DNA of 64,000 bases from Pseudomonadota bacterium (lineage in GTDB: Bacteria > Bdellovibrionota_B > Oligoflexia > Silvanigrellales > Silvanigrellaceae): contig JBDLRP010000042.1 of NCBI GenBank assembly GCA_039799905.1, forward strand, positions 46,728 to 110,727, written 5' to 3'. Positions 17,240 to 27,323 of the stretch are shown here, piece after piece. The notes under the pieces were generated by a model. It was given only the letters and a program-made list of their open reading frames with translations. It was not told the DNA's origin and ran no database searches. Position 1 is the first letter of the stretch, and every line of letters begins with the position of its first letter. A program made the translations under genes and the position numbers.

Positions 17240-19009
17240 ATGTCGACGTCGAGCCTCAATTATTCAGACAAGCCTTGGGTTCCGTTCTACGCCAAGGGCG
17301 TTCGTGCTGACATCCCCAATATTCCATACGAAAATATCGGTGCGCTGGTGTCGAGCTCAGCCCGCCGCTTTGGCAATCGCGACGCGTTCATCACCTGCCT
17401 GGCCAACGGCATGGAAGGCAAAATCTCTTTCGCAGAGACAGAGCTCTACTCAAATCAGTTTGCTGCATTTCTACTCAAAGAGCTGCAATTGCAGAAAGGC
17501 GACCGCGTCGCGATTCAGATGCCCAACTGCATTGCCTACCCGCTCGCTCTTTTCGGAATCCTGAAAGCCGGTTGCGTTGTAGTAAACGTCAACCCGCTCT
17601 ACACCGATCGTGAAATGGAACACGCGTTCAACGACAGCGGCGCAACTGTGCTGGTCATCATCGATATGTTCGCCGACAAGCTGCCGCGCGTTCTGCCCAA
17701 GACAGGCATCAAGCATGTCATCACCGTCAGCGTCGCCGACTTCTTCCCGCTGCCGCTCAAGTTGCTCATCAAAACCCTTCTCAAGGTCAAAAAACAGGTT
17801 CCTAACTGCGACGTTCCGCACCTGCCCTTCCGCGAAGCCCTCGCAGCGGGACAGGCACGCATGGCGCAGAGTGAGAATGCATGGGCGCGCGCAGGAAACA
17901 GAGGCCAAGCAGCACTTGCTCTGCCAAGCGTAACACTCGATGACCTTGCTGCCCTGCAATACACAGGCGGAACAACCGGAGTCAGCAAAGGTGCAATGCT
18001 CACGCATCGCAACCTGCTTTCCAACGTTTATCAGATTCTGGAATTCGCGAAGGTCGCAATCACGACCGGCCAGGAAACAATCATCACGGCGTTGCCGCTC
18101 TACCATATCTTCGCATTCACCGTGAACTGCCTGTCGTTCTTTGAAGAAGGCGCGACAAACATTCTGATTCCAAGTCCGCGTCCAATCGGGAACCTGAAAA
18201 AGGCCTTTGGCAAACATCAAGTCACTTGGATGACAGGCGTGAACACGCTCTTCAATGCCCTGTGCAACGAGCAGTGGTTTGTGCAAAACCCGCCCAAGAA
18301 GATGAAGATGGCGATTGCGGGTGGAACGGCGCTGCTGTCGGCGACTGCCGAAAAATGGGCGAATGTGGTGGGAACTCCTGTCATCGAAGGCTACGGCCTA
18401 ACCGAGACGAGTCCGGTTCTGACCTTCAATCCGATTGGCAATAAAGTGAAGAAAGACTCCATCGGTGTGCCGATGCCCTCAACCGAAATTCGCCTTGTCG
18501 ATGACAACGGCAAAGATGTGAAAGCCGGTGAGCCCGGCGAGCTCATTGCCCGTGGTCCACAGGTGATGCCGGGCTATTGGAAGCGTCCGGATGAAACTGC
18601 CAAAACAATCAAAGACGGCTGGCTCTATACGGGCGACGTTGCAGTCATGGACAACGACGGTTACTTCAAGATTGTCGACCGCAAGAAGGATATGATTCTC
18701 GTCTCAGGATTCAACGTGTATCCGAACGAGGTTGAGGACTGTATCGCGAAGCATCCCGAAGTGGTTGAAGTTGCGGTCATTGGCATTCCCGACGGAGCAT
18801 CCGGCGAGGCCGTCAAGGCCTATGTCGTGCCGCGCTCACCATCACTGACTCAGGATGCACTGCGCGCGCACTGTAAGGACATGCTGACCGCCTACAAAGT
18901 TCCGCGCTTTGTTGAATTCCGAAAAGAGCTGCCGAAGACTCCGATTGGAAAAATCCTCCGCAAGGACCTGCGCGCCGAGTTTCTTGCCTCGCAGCAGAAA
19001 AACAGCTGA
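17240..19009 (+). CDS. fadD: Long-chain-fatty-acid--CoA ligase
   Basis: LQYTGGTTGVSKGAMLTH, ALPLYHIFA, EGYGLTETSP, GWLYTGD, IVDRKKDMILVSGFNVYPNE, LPKTPIGKILR; ATG 17240 after AAGGAG. Confidence 0.92.
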   Translation: MSTSSLNYSDKPWVPFYAKGVRADIPNIPYENIGALVSSSARRFGNRDAFITCLANGMEGKISFAETELYSNQFAAFLLKELQLQKGDRVAIQMPNCIAYPLALFGILKAGCVVVNVNPLYTDREMEHAFNDSGATVLVIIDMFADKLPRVLPKTGIKHVITVSVADFFPLPLKLLIKTLLKVKKQVPNCDVPHLPFREALAAGQARMAQSENAWARAGNRGQAALALPSVTLDDLAALQYTGGTTGVSKGAMLTHRNLLSNVYQILEFAKVAITTGQETIITALPLYHIFAFTVNCLSFFEEGATNILIPSPRPIGNLKKAFGKHQVTWMTGVNTLFNALCNEQWFVQNPPKKMKMAIAGGTALLSATAEKWANVVGTPVIEGYGLTETSPVLTFNPIGNKVKKDSIGVPMPSTEIRLVDDNGKDVKAGEPGELIARGPQVMPGYWKRPDETAKTIKDGWLYTGDVAVMDNDGYFKIVDRKKDMILVSGFNVYPNEVEDCIAKHPEVVEVAVIGIPDGASGEAVKAYVVPRSPSLTQDALRAHCKDMLTAYKVPRFVEFRKELPKTPIGKILRKDLRAEFLASQQKNS

Positions 19010-19027
19010 TTTGCCCGAACGGACGCA

Positions 19028-21922
19028 ATGATAAAGACTTTCCACGCGCAAGGATTTCTACTCGCTGAACATTCAGTGTACGAAAACCTTGCGCGTCTGC
19101 TTTTGGACGACAGCACTCCAGCGGCGCACAAACGCTGGAGTGTCGTATGTGAGCGCAAAGAGGATTTGCTTGCCGTCAGGGCGCAGATTTTTGCACTGCT
19201 CAACAAAATTCACAGAGAAAAAAAACCGGACGAAGAGCTCAGGGCGTGGGCAGGCATCAGTTTGTACACACCCGATACGTTGGTGAGGAATATTGCCCTC
19301 ACGCTCTCCAACAACTCAGCGTTGACGCTCGGACAGGAGATCTACGAGCAGCTTCGCAGGCCGTTCACCGACGTTGTTGAACAGGAAAAACTGGTGCGTT
19401 TGCTGCTACTCAGGCTCGGCTACAGCCTAAGTGACGTTGCGCCGCTCGCCAAACAGATTCTCACACTGGCCGACACTCCTCTGCCCGCAGACGAGAGTTT
19501 TCTCAACCTGCTTCTAGAAGTGCAAAACAGCCCTCAGGGGCAGAAGAGCATCGGCGACATTCCCGACTGTTCCTTGCGCACAATTTGCGTCGCTTTTCAG
19601 CTGGCGCAGAAAATTCTCGGTTCATTTGGAAGACTGCAGTCATTTGTCGGCAACTATTGGTCGCCGCATTTTCATCAGCATCTTGAAAAGTTTCTCGAGC
19701 AGGATCCTCTCTATCAGGACTTTCTTCTGCCGGTTCGATTCCTGTCGGAACCGCTGCTCTGGGTTGCTGCTCCTGAGTTCTGCAAAGACAAAAATTCAAG
19801 TTACCGTCCAGGGAATTTTCAGGCCGCATTTATTGATTCTCTTCGAGACGGTCTGTTTTCTGCACGGAGCAAATGGACAGAACATCGCACGGCGAGTGGC
19901 ATCACGTGGTGGGCACGCACACAGATTCCCACCGCTCAAATTCTCCCAGAAGTGCCGCATGCAAAAATCGAAATACTTGGCTCTTATGCGGCTCTTTCGC
20001 ACCGCTTTGAATCCGACATTCGTTCGTCGGGCGCAGAAACCCAGTTTCTTTTGGGTGACATCGACAAACGCTTGCTCAATACAGTGCGTGCCGACGGCTC
20101 AGGTGTGCACTCACTCACACCCGCCGATTTTTTACCGCAAAAAGAAATGACAGAAGCGTGCAACGGAGCTGACGCATGGCAGACACCGGCGCAAGAAAAG
20201 GTTGCACAACTACGCGAGGAATTTCAGAGTTACTGGGACAAGTTGCACAGGTTTGACAATCTCATCGGCGAAGCGCTCGCTATGTATGATTTGAGCCCGT
20301 CGCTGCGCGAACATGGTGTCTCGTTTGAACTCATGCTGCACCGATTTTTCGACAGCGAGTCGTTCAATTTTGCAAACACGGATCTTATCAGTCAGCTGCC
20401 CCCTGCCCTCTCGTTGCTTGCGGGTGTCATGCATGCGCAAAAATTTGTCGTGCTTGGGCCACCGCATTCGCAGACGGCGCCAAGTTTTCATCTTCGGCTC
20501 CTCAACTCCGTATTTCACCTTCTGCGCAGCCGTCAGGTGGCGATCGATCCGATTGCATCCGAGGAATCCTACCGCGGGTACTGGCAGTCGATCTTGAACA
20601 AGGATGCGGACGTTGTTTTTCTGATGCGCAGCCACAGGGAGCTGAAAGACTTCCCTGCTGACTTACGGCGGTGGTGCCTGCCGCCCGTTGAACAGAGGAT
20701 GTGGAGCGACTCACTGCTCCGCGAGTCGGCCTTTCTGCGCTGGCTTGGCAGCGCGCGCCCCTTTCAACTTCAGGATGAAAATTGGCCACGACTGCTCAAG
20801 GAATCTGCTCGCAAAGGCAAAATAAACAGCCTGAGTGTCACTGCATTTGAAGATTACGTCGAGTGTCCGCTGCAGTTTTATTGGGTGGGTTTGCACGGGC
20901 TCGGACAGGATGCACAGCCGGTTCTGCAACCCGACGCTCTTATCACTGGGCAAAAGGCCCACGCCATGGCCGAAAAACTCATTCGCGGGCTCAGACAAAT
21001 CTGTTTGCTCGAGCAGACAGAGTCTCAGCGCACGGAAAACAGTTGGCTTCATTTTTTTGTTTCTCTGCATGATAATTTTCTTGATACGGAATTGTTTCTT
21101 TCCACATCCGCGGATGAATGGCTCGACGCACTGACAAAGAGTCTGAACAGTGAAAATCTTTCGCAAACGCACAAGGTTCATGTCAGGGCTCTGCTCGTTG
21201 AACTGACAGAGGTTATTTTTTCGGGCACTGAGCTACAGGGTGACAGTGCACTGAGCCCACTCAGACAGCGGCTCGTCCGCGAGACTGTGCGGCGCGCAAT
21301 GCGCAAGCTCATCCAAAGCGAACTTCACGATGCGGGCGCCTCATTGCAACAGTCGGATCGTGCCGCTGTTCGTAAAGGTTTGATCAGAGCAGCATTTGTT
21401 GAACAGCCTGTCGACTTTTTGCTGCACGGCGAGTTACGCCTGACAGGTCGCATCGACCGTGTCGACACTCATCCCGAAGGCGACAGAATCATCGACTACA
21501 AAACCAGCAAGGTTGCTAAAAAAGACCCTGCGCTGGTGATCGATCCGCGGATGGTCAAGACAACCAATAAACTGAGCGTCCAAGGCGGGATTTATAGTTT
21601 GGCATGGGCCAGGAAAATTGCCGAAGAACGCGGGCAAGGAGAAGCATCGGACGGACGCCGCAACGCTGTTGCCGCGTTTTCACTGTTACGACTCAAAACA
21701 ATGGACATGTCGCGTGAGCCTTATGCAACCTTCGCCTTTGAAGAACCGATGAGCTGGCAGGATGAAAGCTGCCAGACTCTGCACACAGAGTACGCCCGCT
21801 ATGGGCAGTCGCTCTCAGACGGTGATTTCTCGCCCAGGCCGATCACTGCAAGTCTTTGCACTTGGTGCACACTCAACAGCATTTGTCCGGCAAAGGGACA
21901 GTCGGGCGGAGAGCCGGCATGA
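19028..21922 (+). CDS. AddB/RexB-like PD-(D/E)XK nuclease subunit with Fe-S staple
   Basis: LSVTAFEDYVECP..FY, G..AH...E, LTGRIDRVD...IIDYKT, and terminal CTWC.....C; directly upstream of an AddA-like gene with ATGA overlap. Confidence 0.8.
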   Translation: MIKTFHAQGFLLAEHSVYENLARLLLDDSTPAAHKRWSVVCERKEDLLAVRAQIFALLNKIHREKKPDEELRAWAGISLYTPDTLVRNIALTLSNNSALTLGQEIYEQLRRPFTDVVEQEKLVRLLLLRLGYSLSDVAPLAKQILTLADTPLPADESFLNLLLEVQNSPQGQKSIGDIPDCSLRTICVAFQLAQKILGSFGRLQSFVGNYWSPHFHQHLEKFLEQDPLYQDFLLPVRFLSEPLLWVAAPEFCKDKNSSYRPGNFQAAFIDSLRDGLFSARSKWTEHRTASGITWWARTQIPTAQILPEVPHAKIEILGSYAALSHRFESDIRSSGAETQFLLGDIDKRLLNTVRADGSGVHSLTPADFLPQKEMTEACNGADAWQTPAQEKVAQLREEFQSYWDKLHRFDNLIGEALAMYDLSPSLREHGVSFELMLHRFFDSESFNFANTDLISQLPPALSLLAGVMHAQKFVVLGPPHSQTAPSFHLRLLNSVFHLLRSRQVAIDPIASEESYRGYWQSILNKDADVVFLMRSHRELKDFPADLRRWCLPPVEQRMWSDSLLRESAFLRWLGSARPFQLQDENWPRLLKESARKGKINSLSVTAFEDYVECPLQFYWVGLHGLGQDAQPVLQPDALITGQKAHAMAEKLIRGLRQICLLEQTESQRTENSWLHFFVSLHDNFLDTELFLSTSADEWLDALTKSLNSENLSQTHKVHVRALLVELTEVIFSGTELQGDSALSPLRQRLVRETVRRAMRKLIQSELHDAGASLQQSDRAAVRKGLIRAAFVEQPVDFLLHGELRLTGRIDRVDTHPEGDRIIDYKTSKVAKKDPALVIDPRMVKTTNKLSVQGGIYSLAWARKIAEERGQGEASDGRRNAVAAFSLLRLKTMDMSREPYATFAFEEPMSWQDESCQTLHTEYARYGQSLSDGDFSPRPITASLCTWCTLNSICPAKGQSGGEPA

Positions 21923-24900
21923 GCAAAATCGAACTCAGCAGTGAACAAAAACTCGCCGCATTTTTCCCAACAGGACTGGCCGAAGAGAATATTTCGCGTA
22001 AACGGCATCTGGTGATTGAGGCTGGTGCGGGAGCAGGAAAGACACGGGTTCTGACCGATCGTGTTCACTGGCTGCTTTGTACCTCAACAAAAAATTTCCG
22101 ATTGAGCCCCGCTGAACTTGTGCTTGTGACCTTTTCAAAGGCAGCCGACGAGGAGCTCCGGCATCGTGTGGAAAAGGAAATCAACGGCGCACAGCTCGGC
22201 GACGAAGAAAAACAGCGAATTCTCAGCCGTCTTCATATTTCCACAATCGACAGTCTGTTTATGCAGATTGTCAACAATCTTTTTCCACCTTGGTGGGAAC
22301 AGACCAAAAAAATGCTTCCTGCAGAGACACTCCATGAATGGCGGCTTAAAGAACAGCGATTTCCGCCGCCGGTGACACTCGTGTCAGACAGCGAGCTGCT
22401 GCCCGAGATCAGCGATGAACTGCTGCGTGTATTGCAGGAGCACTCGCAGGATCCAGTGAGTGAATGTGCTACTCTGGATTTTATTCTTGCCGGGGCATTT
22501 CAGTCACAAGGAGCGTTTTCTGCGAATAAACAGGTTCGCCCTGAACTGCGTGGTCTTGAGCGAATTGCCGCCGCCATGCTGCATGAAAGCTTTCTGCGTG
22601 AGAACGCGCCGCCGCTGCGGTTCGCACTCGAGCGTATTCATCCGTCTTCTCAGCCTTTGCTGACGCTCATTCGCAGCAAGGCACGCGAGCTATTTTACCG
22701 CAGGCTGATGCACGGACGACTCACGCACAATGATCGTATGCTCTTTTTGTATCATCTGCTGTGCATTGATGACGAAAAATTGCAAACGGGTGGCTTTTTT
22801 GCGCTTGCAGGCAGGCAGCCCCTGCCGTTGCGCTGCAAAGAACTGATCGTCGATGAATATCAGGACACCAACGAATTGCAGCACGAAATTCTCTACCGGC
22901 TGCTCGAGCCCAACAAGGGACGGATGGTGGTGGTCGGCGACCCGAAACAGAGTATTTATGGTTTTCGCAGCGCTCACGTCGGTGTTTTTCAGCGGCTCAA
23001 GTCAGACCCCATCTGGCAGCTCGTTGAACTGACCCGCAACTATCGCAGCCATCAGGACCTGCTGCCCTTCATCAACCTGCTTTCAGACATGACGTTTTCC
23101 TACAAAAACAATCGCATTCCGCTTGAGTTTCACAACACGACCTTTGCTCTTTCGGCCCAACAGACTTTCGTCGGCTCAAAGTCGCTCGATGCCGGCCGTA
23201 ATCATGTGGAAATGCCACTGGAGAAATTGCCGCCCCAACCGCGTGTGCTTTTGCTCGGAGCCTCACTCAGCAAACAGCGCAGTGACGTTGATGATTTTAA
23301 AGCAACAACTGAACCCAACACATTTGCGGTGTGGGCGCTGGCGCGCGAATTGGCGCGCTTCGCCGCTCAACCGGTCGATGGACTGCTCAGCGAAAGCGAA
23401 AAGCAGGCGCAAACAGCCCCCGATGAAAAGCGATATCAATGGTCGGAGATGGTCGTTTTGTGCGAGACCAACGATCTGGTTGCTCAAACCCAACTGCATC
23501 TCAATTCATTCGGCATTCCTGCTGTTGCCAAGCTGAGCCGGCCGGCAAACTCAGACTCCCTGCGCAGCCAGCACAGCGAAGAACTCGGACTTTTGTTTGC
23601 CAAATGGCTCTGTCGTCCGCTCAACATCCGCGAGCTTGCACAATTTCTCTGGAGCGGATGGCTGGGTCTGACGCGCGAACAGACATCGATGATTCTTAAG
23701 GCTGCCAACAATGGTCTGCTGGACCCACAGGTGCTCACCCTCTCCAACTCTTCCGGAGAAGATTCAACTCACCCAAAGGCAAGACCGGAATTTCCTGAGG
23801 CTTGGAACGGTTGGATTGCACACCTTCTGCACTGCCGCACGCTGGCATCACGACATTTCTTTGCGGCATGGCAGCTGCTGCGCTGGGGGTTTGTTTGCTC
23901 TGAACACAATCTGGCAATGGAGAACACGGCGATTGCTCTTCACAATGCGCTGGAAGTTTGGTCTTTGCGCCAACAGCTCGAACAGGCCACCGACTGGCCC
24001 GAGGAGTTTCTCAACCAACAGTTGCAGCAGCTGCGCCTTGCTCAAACTCAAACACAAACCAATCAGAATGCCGTGACAGTCTGCACAGTTCATGGCGCCA
24101 AAGGTCTAGAATGGCCGGTGGTGGTTTTTTGGCCGAATGCAGCCCGCGAGCGCTCGCCCGAAAATTTTGTTTTCAAGAGTCACGAAAACGCAACGTTCGT
24201 CAAATGGCTTGCCGAGGACAAAGAATCAGCATCGCTGGTGCGCTGGATCGAGAATCCGCATACTCCCACAGATCGTGTGTCCATTCAGTCTGAATCGGGA
24301 CGTGGAGAGCAGGTCGTGCGTTGGAGCACAGACCTGCAGGACAGGCTCGAGCAGGATTTTGAACGTCAGCGGGTATTTTACACAGCCTTCACTCGAGCGC
24401 GCGAATTTCTTGTCCTCATGTCGCCGGCCGTACAGGCCCGAACACGCTCAAACCTGCGCGACAAACTCGCTCCGCTTAAACAGGGCGATTCCTTCGACGC
24501 GGAAGTCCTGAAATTGAATGGACTTGAATACAATGTACTGGCGATGTTTGCAGACCTGGCTTTTGATTTGCGCAAAGAGGCCAAGCGCGGTGCGCGTCCG
24601 CCGGCTCCTTGGCATGGACTTGAATACGAAGCCCAATGCAAAGTCGCCGACTGGCAGGGGCTTGTCGCCATGCGTGATTATTCACCTGCATGGCTGCCTT
24701 ATGTGAAAGCCGTTGAAGCTGAAACGGAGCACGGCGACACCGCATCGGGTGTGCAAAGCGCGTGGATTTCAGAATGGTTGAATGCTCAACACACGGCGGC
24801 AATCAGCAGCCCTTGGAAAAAACCAGTTGATGAAACTCCCGCACCAAGCGATTCGACCGCAAAAGAAAACGCCAATCCCTTGATCGTCTCGCGACCTCTG

Positions 24901-25551
24901 ACAGAAGGAGTGTCAGCGGCTGAAGAAGGTCTGCGCTTTCATGCCTACATGGAACACGCCGAACCAAGACAACTCAACAAACGTGGCTTTCTGCAAAAAC
25001 TACTTTCGGCCGCGACCGTCCGCGAGCATGAATTGGAAATTTGGAGCAGCGCAGACGTCACACAATCCGAATTCAATCGCAAACGTGGCCTTGCACAAAC
25101 CCAACGCCGGATCATCGACTTGTTTTGCGTCATCCACCAGAAAAACATCACAAAAGAGTTTTGGATGAGCCCATGCCTGTGTGGAAATTTCGAGACAGAG
25201 CGGGCGATTGAAGAGTCATCCTTAAAAACGGTCAAAGAGCGTTTGCAATCTCAGTTGCAGATCGATCCGCATTTAAACTTGGTCATCGACTTCAAAACCG
25301 GTGTTCCCGCGCAGGAACACATCAGGCAGATGAGCACGTATCTTCAATGGATTAGAGAAATTCTGACAACACATCCGCAACAGCTCGTCAATGACATAAG
25401 CCCGACAACACTGTTTGCCGAGAATGTCAGACCATTGATGGGCATAATTTACTACACCTCCTTGCCCGACGGGGGTGAGATGCACAAGTTTGCATCGGGT
25501 CTTGTATCCGTCGACAAAAACGCGTCGGTTCTTTTTATCAGTCCTGATTAA
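21919..25551 (+). CDS. AddA/RexA-like UvrD-family (SF1) helicase-nuclease
   Basis: EAGAGAGKT, VTFS.AA..EL..R, ISTIDS, LIVDEYQDTN, VVGDPKQSIYGFR, L..NYRS, TVHGAKGLEW, YTAFTRA; C-terminal G..FH..ME and IDFKTG...Q..TY. Confidence 0.88.
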   Translation: MSKIELSSEQKLAAFFPTGLAEENISRKRHLVIEAGAGAGKTRVLTDRVHWLLCTSTKNFRLSPAELVLVTFSKAADEELRHRVEKEINGAQLGDEEKQRILSRLHISTIDSLFMQIVNNLFPPWWEQTKKMLPAETLHEWRLKEQRFPPPVTLVSDSELLPEISDELLRVLQEHSQDPVSECATLDFILAGAFQSQGAFSANKQVRPELRGLERIAAAMLHESFLRENAPPLRFALERIHPSSQPLLTLIRSKARELFYRRLMHGRLTHNDRMLFLYHLLCIDDEKLQTGGFFALAGRQPLPLRCKELIVDEYQDTNELQHEILYRLLEPNKGRMVVVGDPKQSIYGFRSAHVGVFQRLKSDPIWQLVELTRNYRSHQDLLPFINLLSDMTFSYKNNRIPLEFHNTTFALSAQQTFVGSKSLDAGRNHVEMPLEKLPPQPRVLLLGASLSKQRSDVDDFKATTEPNTFAVWALARELARFAAQPVDGLLSESEKQAQTAPDEKRYQWSEMVVLCETNDLVAQTQLHLNSFGIPAVAKLSRPANSDSLRSQHSEELGLLFAKWLCRPLNIRELAQFLWSGWLGLTREQTSMILKAANNGLLDPQVLTLSNSSGEDSTHPKARPEFPEAWNGWIAHLLHCRTLASRHFFAAWQLLRWGFVCSEHNLAMENTAIALHNALEVWSLRQQLEQATDWPEEFLNQQLQQLRLAQTQTQTNQNAVTVCTVHGAKGLEWPVVVFWPNAARERSPENFVFKSHENATFVKWLAEDKESASLVRWIENPHTPTDRVSIQSESGRGEQVVRWSTDLQDRLEQDFERQRVFYTAFTRAREFLVLMSPAVQARTRSNLRDKLAPLKQGDSFDAEVLKLNGLEYNVLAMFADLAFDLRKEAKRGARPPAPWHGLEYEAQCKVADWQGLVAMRDYSPAWLPYVKAVEAETEHGDTASGVQSAWISEWLNAQHTAAISSPWKKPVDETPAPSDSTAKENANPLIVSRPLTEGVSAAEEGLRFHAYMEHAEPRQLNKRGFLQKLLSAATVREHELEIWSSADVTQSEFNRKRGLAQTQRRIIDLFCVIHQKNITKEFWMSPCLCGNFETERAIEESSLKTVKERLQSQLQIDPHLNLVIDFKTGVPAQEHIRQMSTYLQWIREILTTHPQQLVNDISPTTLFAENVRPLMGIIYYTSLPDGGEMHKFASGLVSVDKNASVLFISPD

Positions 25552-25625
25552 GTCCTTCTTTTTCCGACATGACTGTCAGACAATAAAGGTGGGTCGGGAA
25601 ACCGCCCGCGGATTGGGGACCAGTG

Positions 25626-27323
25626 ATGTCGGCAATTCACAAATTTGGAATTGGCTTCGGACTCTTTCTCACATCGATGCTCGCGACAACGGCGGTCAGA
25701 GCATCCGAAGGTGGTGTCACACGCTATGTGAAAGACGCCTCGCAATACTGCTTTCCTAAACTGAGCGCAGAAGACCAAATTAAATACTATTCTAAAATTG
25801 CCAACATCGGTGCCAGCTACACACATGGGTGCATCGGCTGCGATCAAAACCAGAACCTGCGATCGCTGACAGACCTCACAAACGACCAACTCTGGTTTCG
25901 CAGAAATTATCTGATTCACTTTCTCGCAGATGTACAATGGAAGGATCCGTCATACGGAATCGCAGACAAAATTGCAGTTCTTGAAAATGACCCAAAAAAT
26001 CGTCCTGCAGCGCTCATCCCGCAGTGGTCTTTGCGCCGCGAAGGGTACACTGGTGAGTGGATTTATGACGTACGCCGTGACATTGCACACCTGACAGATC
26101 CGAACTTTTCGACTTGGCTGCGTGAAAACACAGCTTACGGCGAAACCGCAGCACTGGTGGGTGATGCCCAGAAGGTTCACGATTTGTCGAGAGCTCGCAG
26201 CGGGCTGCGGCGCGGTAGCATTTATCAGACCTTCCGCACAAGCGGAACTCAGGATCGTAACTCACCGCGGGTGATTGACCTCGCACTCGACGGCGGGCGC
26301 ATGCACGATTTCTTCGAGGCTTACGTCCCGCAGGAAATCATGGTGCCTTTGCAGAAATCAAAATGGACCGATGTGGCATTGCGGAGAAAGGCGGTCGATG
26401 CGGCCATCCGTCATGTCAAATCGCTCAATCCTTCGATGATCATGGCCATCGACGCGCTGTTCTGGGATTCGGTTTCCCATGCTCTCGCCTACATGCGCGA
26501 GTCCAAGCCCGACAGCCTTATTGTCAGGTTGCTGCTCAACGTCATGGCTCTGCAAGATAAAAACGGAATGAACTTCAACGAGACCCGCCGTTTTAACGTC
26601 TCACAGGATTTTTATCAGGTGCTGGCCGGCATTTCGCAAGACAACCAATATGGTCCGTCAATTCCAATCCTTCTTGCGCGGCTCATCAACGATCCGCTGA
26701 CCGTCTTTGCACAAAAGAAGTACGAGCCGATTCTCGGTGCAGTTTTCGGACAGTACATTGCAAGTATGACCGGACAAAACATGGCCGATCAGCTCGCCCA
26801 GTGGCTGCGCCGGATGTCGACAGTCGGCATAAATTCACTCAGTGCCGATGAAGAAACCTATTTTGATGAAGAAACAAATACTCACTACACGGCTGCAGAA
26901 CTCGAGACACTGCGCAGCGCCCATGACGACTTCCAAAAAATTCTCAGCGCGGCACTGGAAGAAAATGGTCTTCCTCCGTCGGTATACTTCAACTCATTGG
27001 CCGAACCCAGAAAAGCACCAGTCATCGGCAAGTCTGCATCGGGGCTGATTTCAGCGCTGGCAAACTGGGCCATACTGAAGGCGGTGAAAGACCTTCCGCT
27101 TTTCATGCAGTCGCTTGAAAGAGCGATGCAATACGAAAACCGCGCAGCGCGGGCCGCGACCTCGCAGTCCGACAACAACATCCACCTTGTGAACGTCGAC
27201 AAGTTTTTCGAAAACTTTCCCTATTTCCTCAAACCCGAAACAATGCATCCGTCTGTCTTTGGTGCGCGCCAAATGGCAGGAATGATCAACAAAGCAGTAT
27301 GTCAAAGTGTGGGGCAACAATGA
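25626..27323 (+). CDS. Secreted hypothetical protein, divergent SGNH/GDSL-like hydrolase
   Basis: Signal peptide (AVRA-S); IANIGASYTHG resembles GDSL block I; DLALDGG resembles block II; ETMHPSVFGARQMA..I resembles block V. Confidence 0.5.
   Translation: MSAIHKFGIGFGLFLTSMLATTAVRASEGGVTRYVKDASQYCFPKLSAEDQIKYYSKIANIGASYTHGCIGCDQNQNLRSLTDLTNDQLWFRRNYLIHFLADVQWKDPSYGIADKIAVLENDPKNRPAALIPQWSLRREGYTGEWIYDVRRDIAHLTDPNFSTWLRENTAYGETAALVGDAQKVHDLSRARSGLRRGSIYQTFRTSGTQDRNSPRVIDLALDGGRMHDFFEAYVPQEIMVPLQKSKWTDVALRRKAVDAAIRHVKSLNPSMIMAIDALFWDSVSHALAYMRESKPDSLIVRLLLNVMALQDKNGMNFNETRRFNVSQDFYQVLAGISQDNQYGPSIPILLARLINDPLTVFAQKKYEPILGAVFGQYIASMTGQNMADQLAQWLRRMSTVGINSLSADEETYFDEETNTHYTAAELETLRSAHDDFQKILSAALEENGLPPSVYFNSLAEPRKAPVIGKSASGLISALANWAILKAVKDLPLFMQSLERAMQYENRAARAATSQSDNNIHLVNVDKFFENFPYFLKPETMHPSVFGARQMAGMINKAVCQSVGQQ

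Noticed and set aside
25548..25570. TTAAG-N10-TCCGACAT before the SGNH-like gene (similar N10 case at 57771-57793; lone TCCGATAA at 61820-61827)
   Set aside because: Spacer too short or -35 element missing for sigma28; not counted in the regulon
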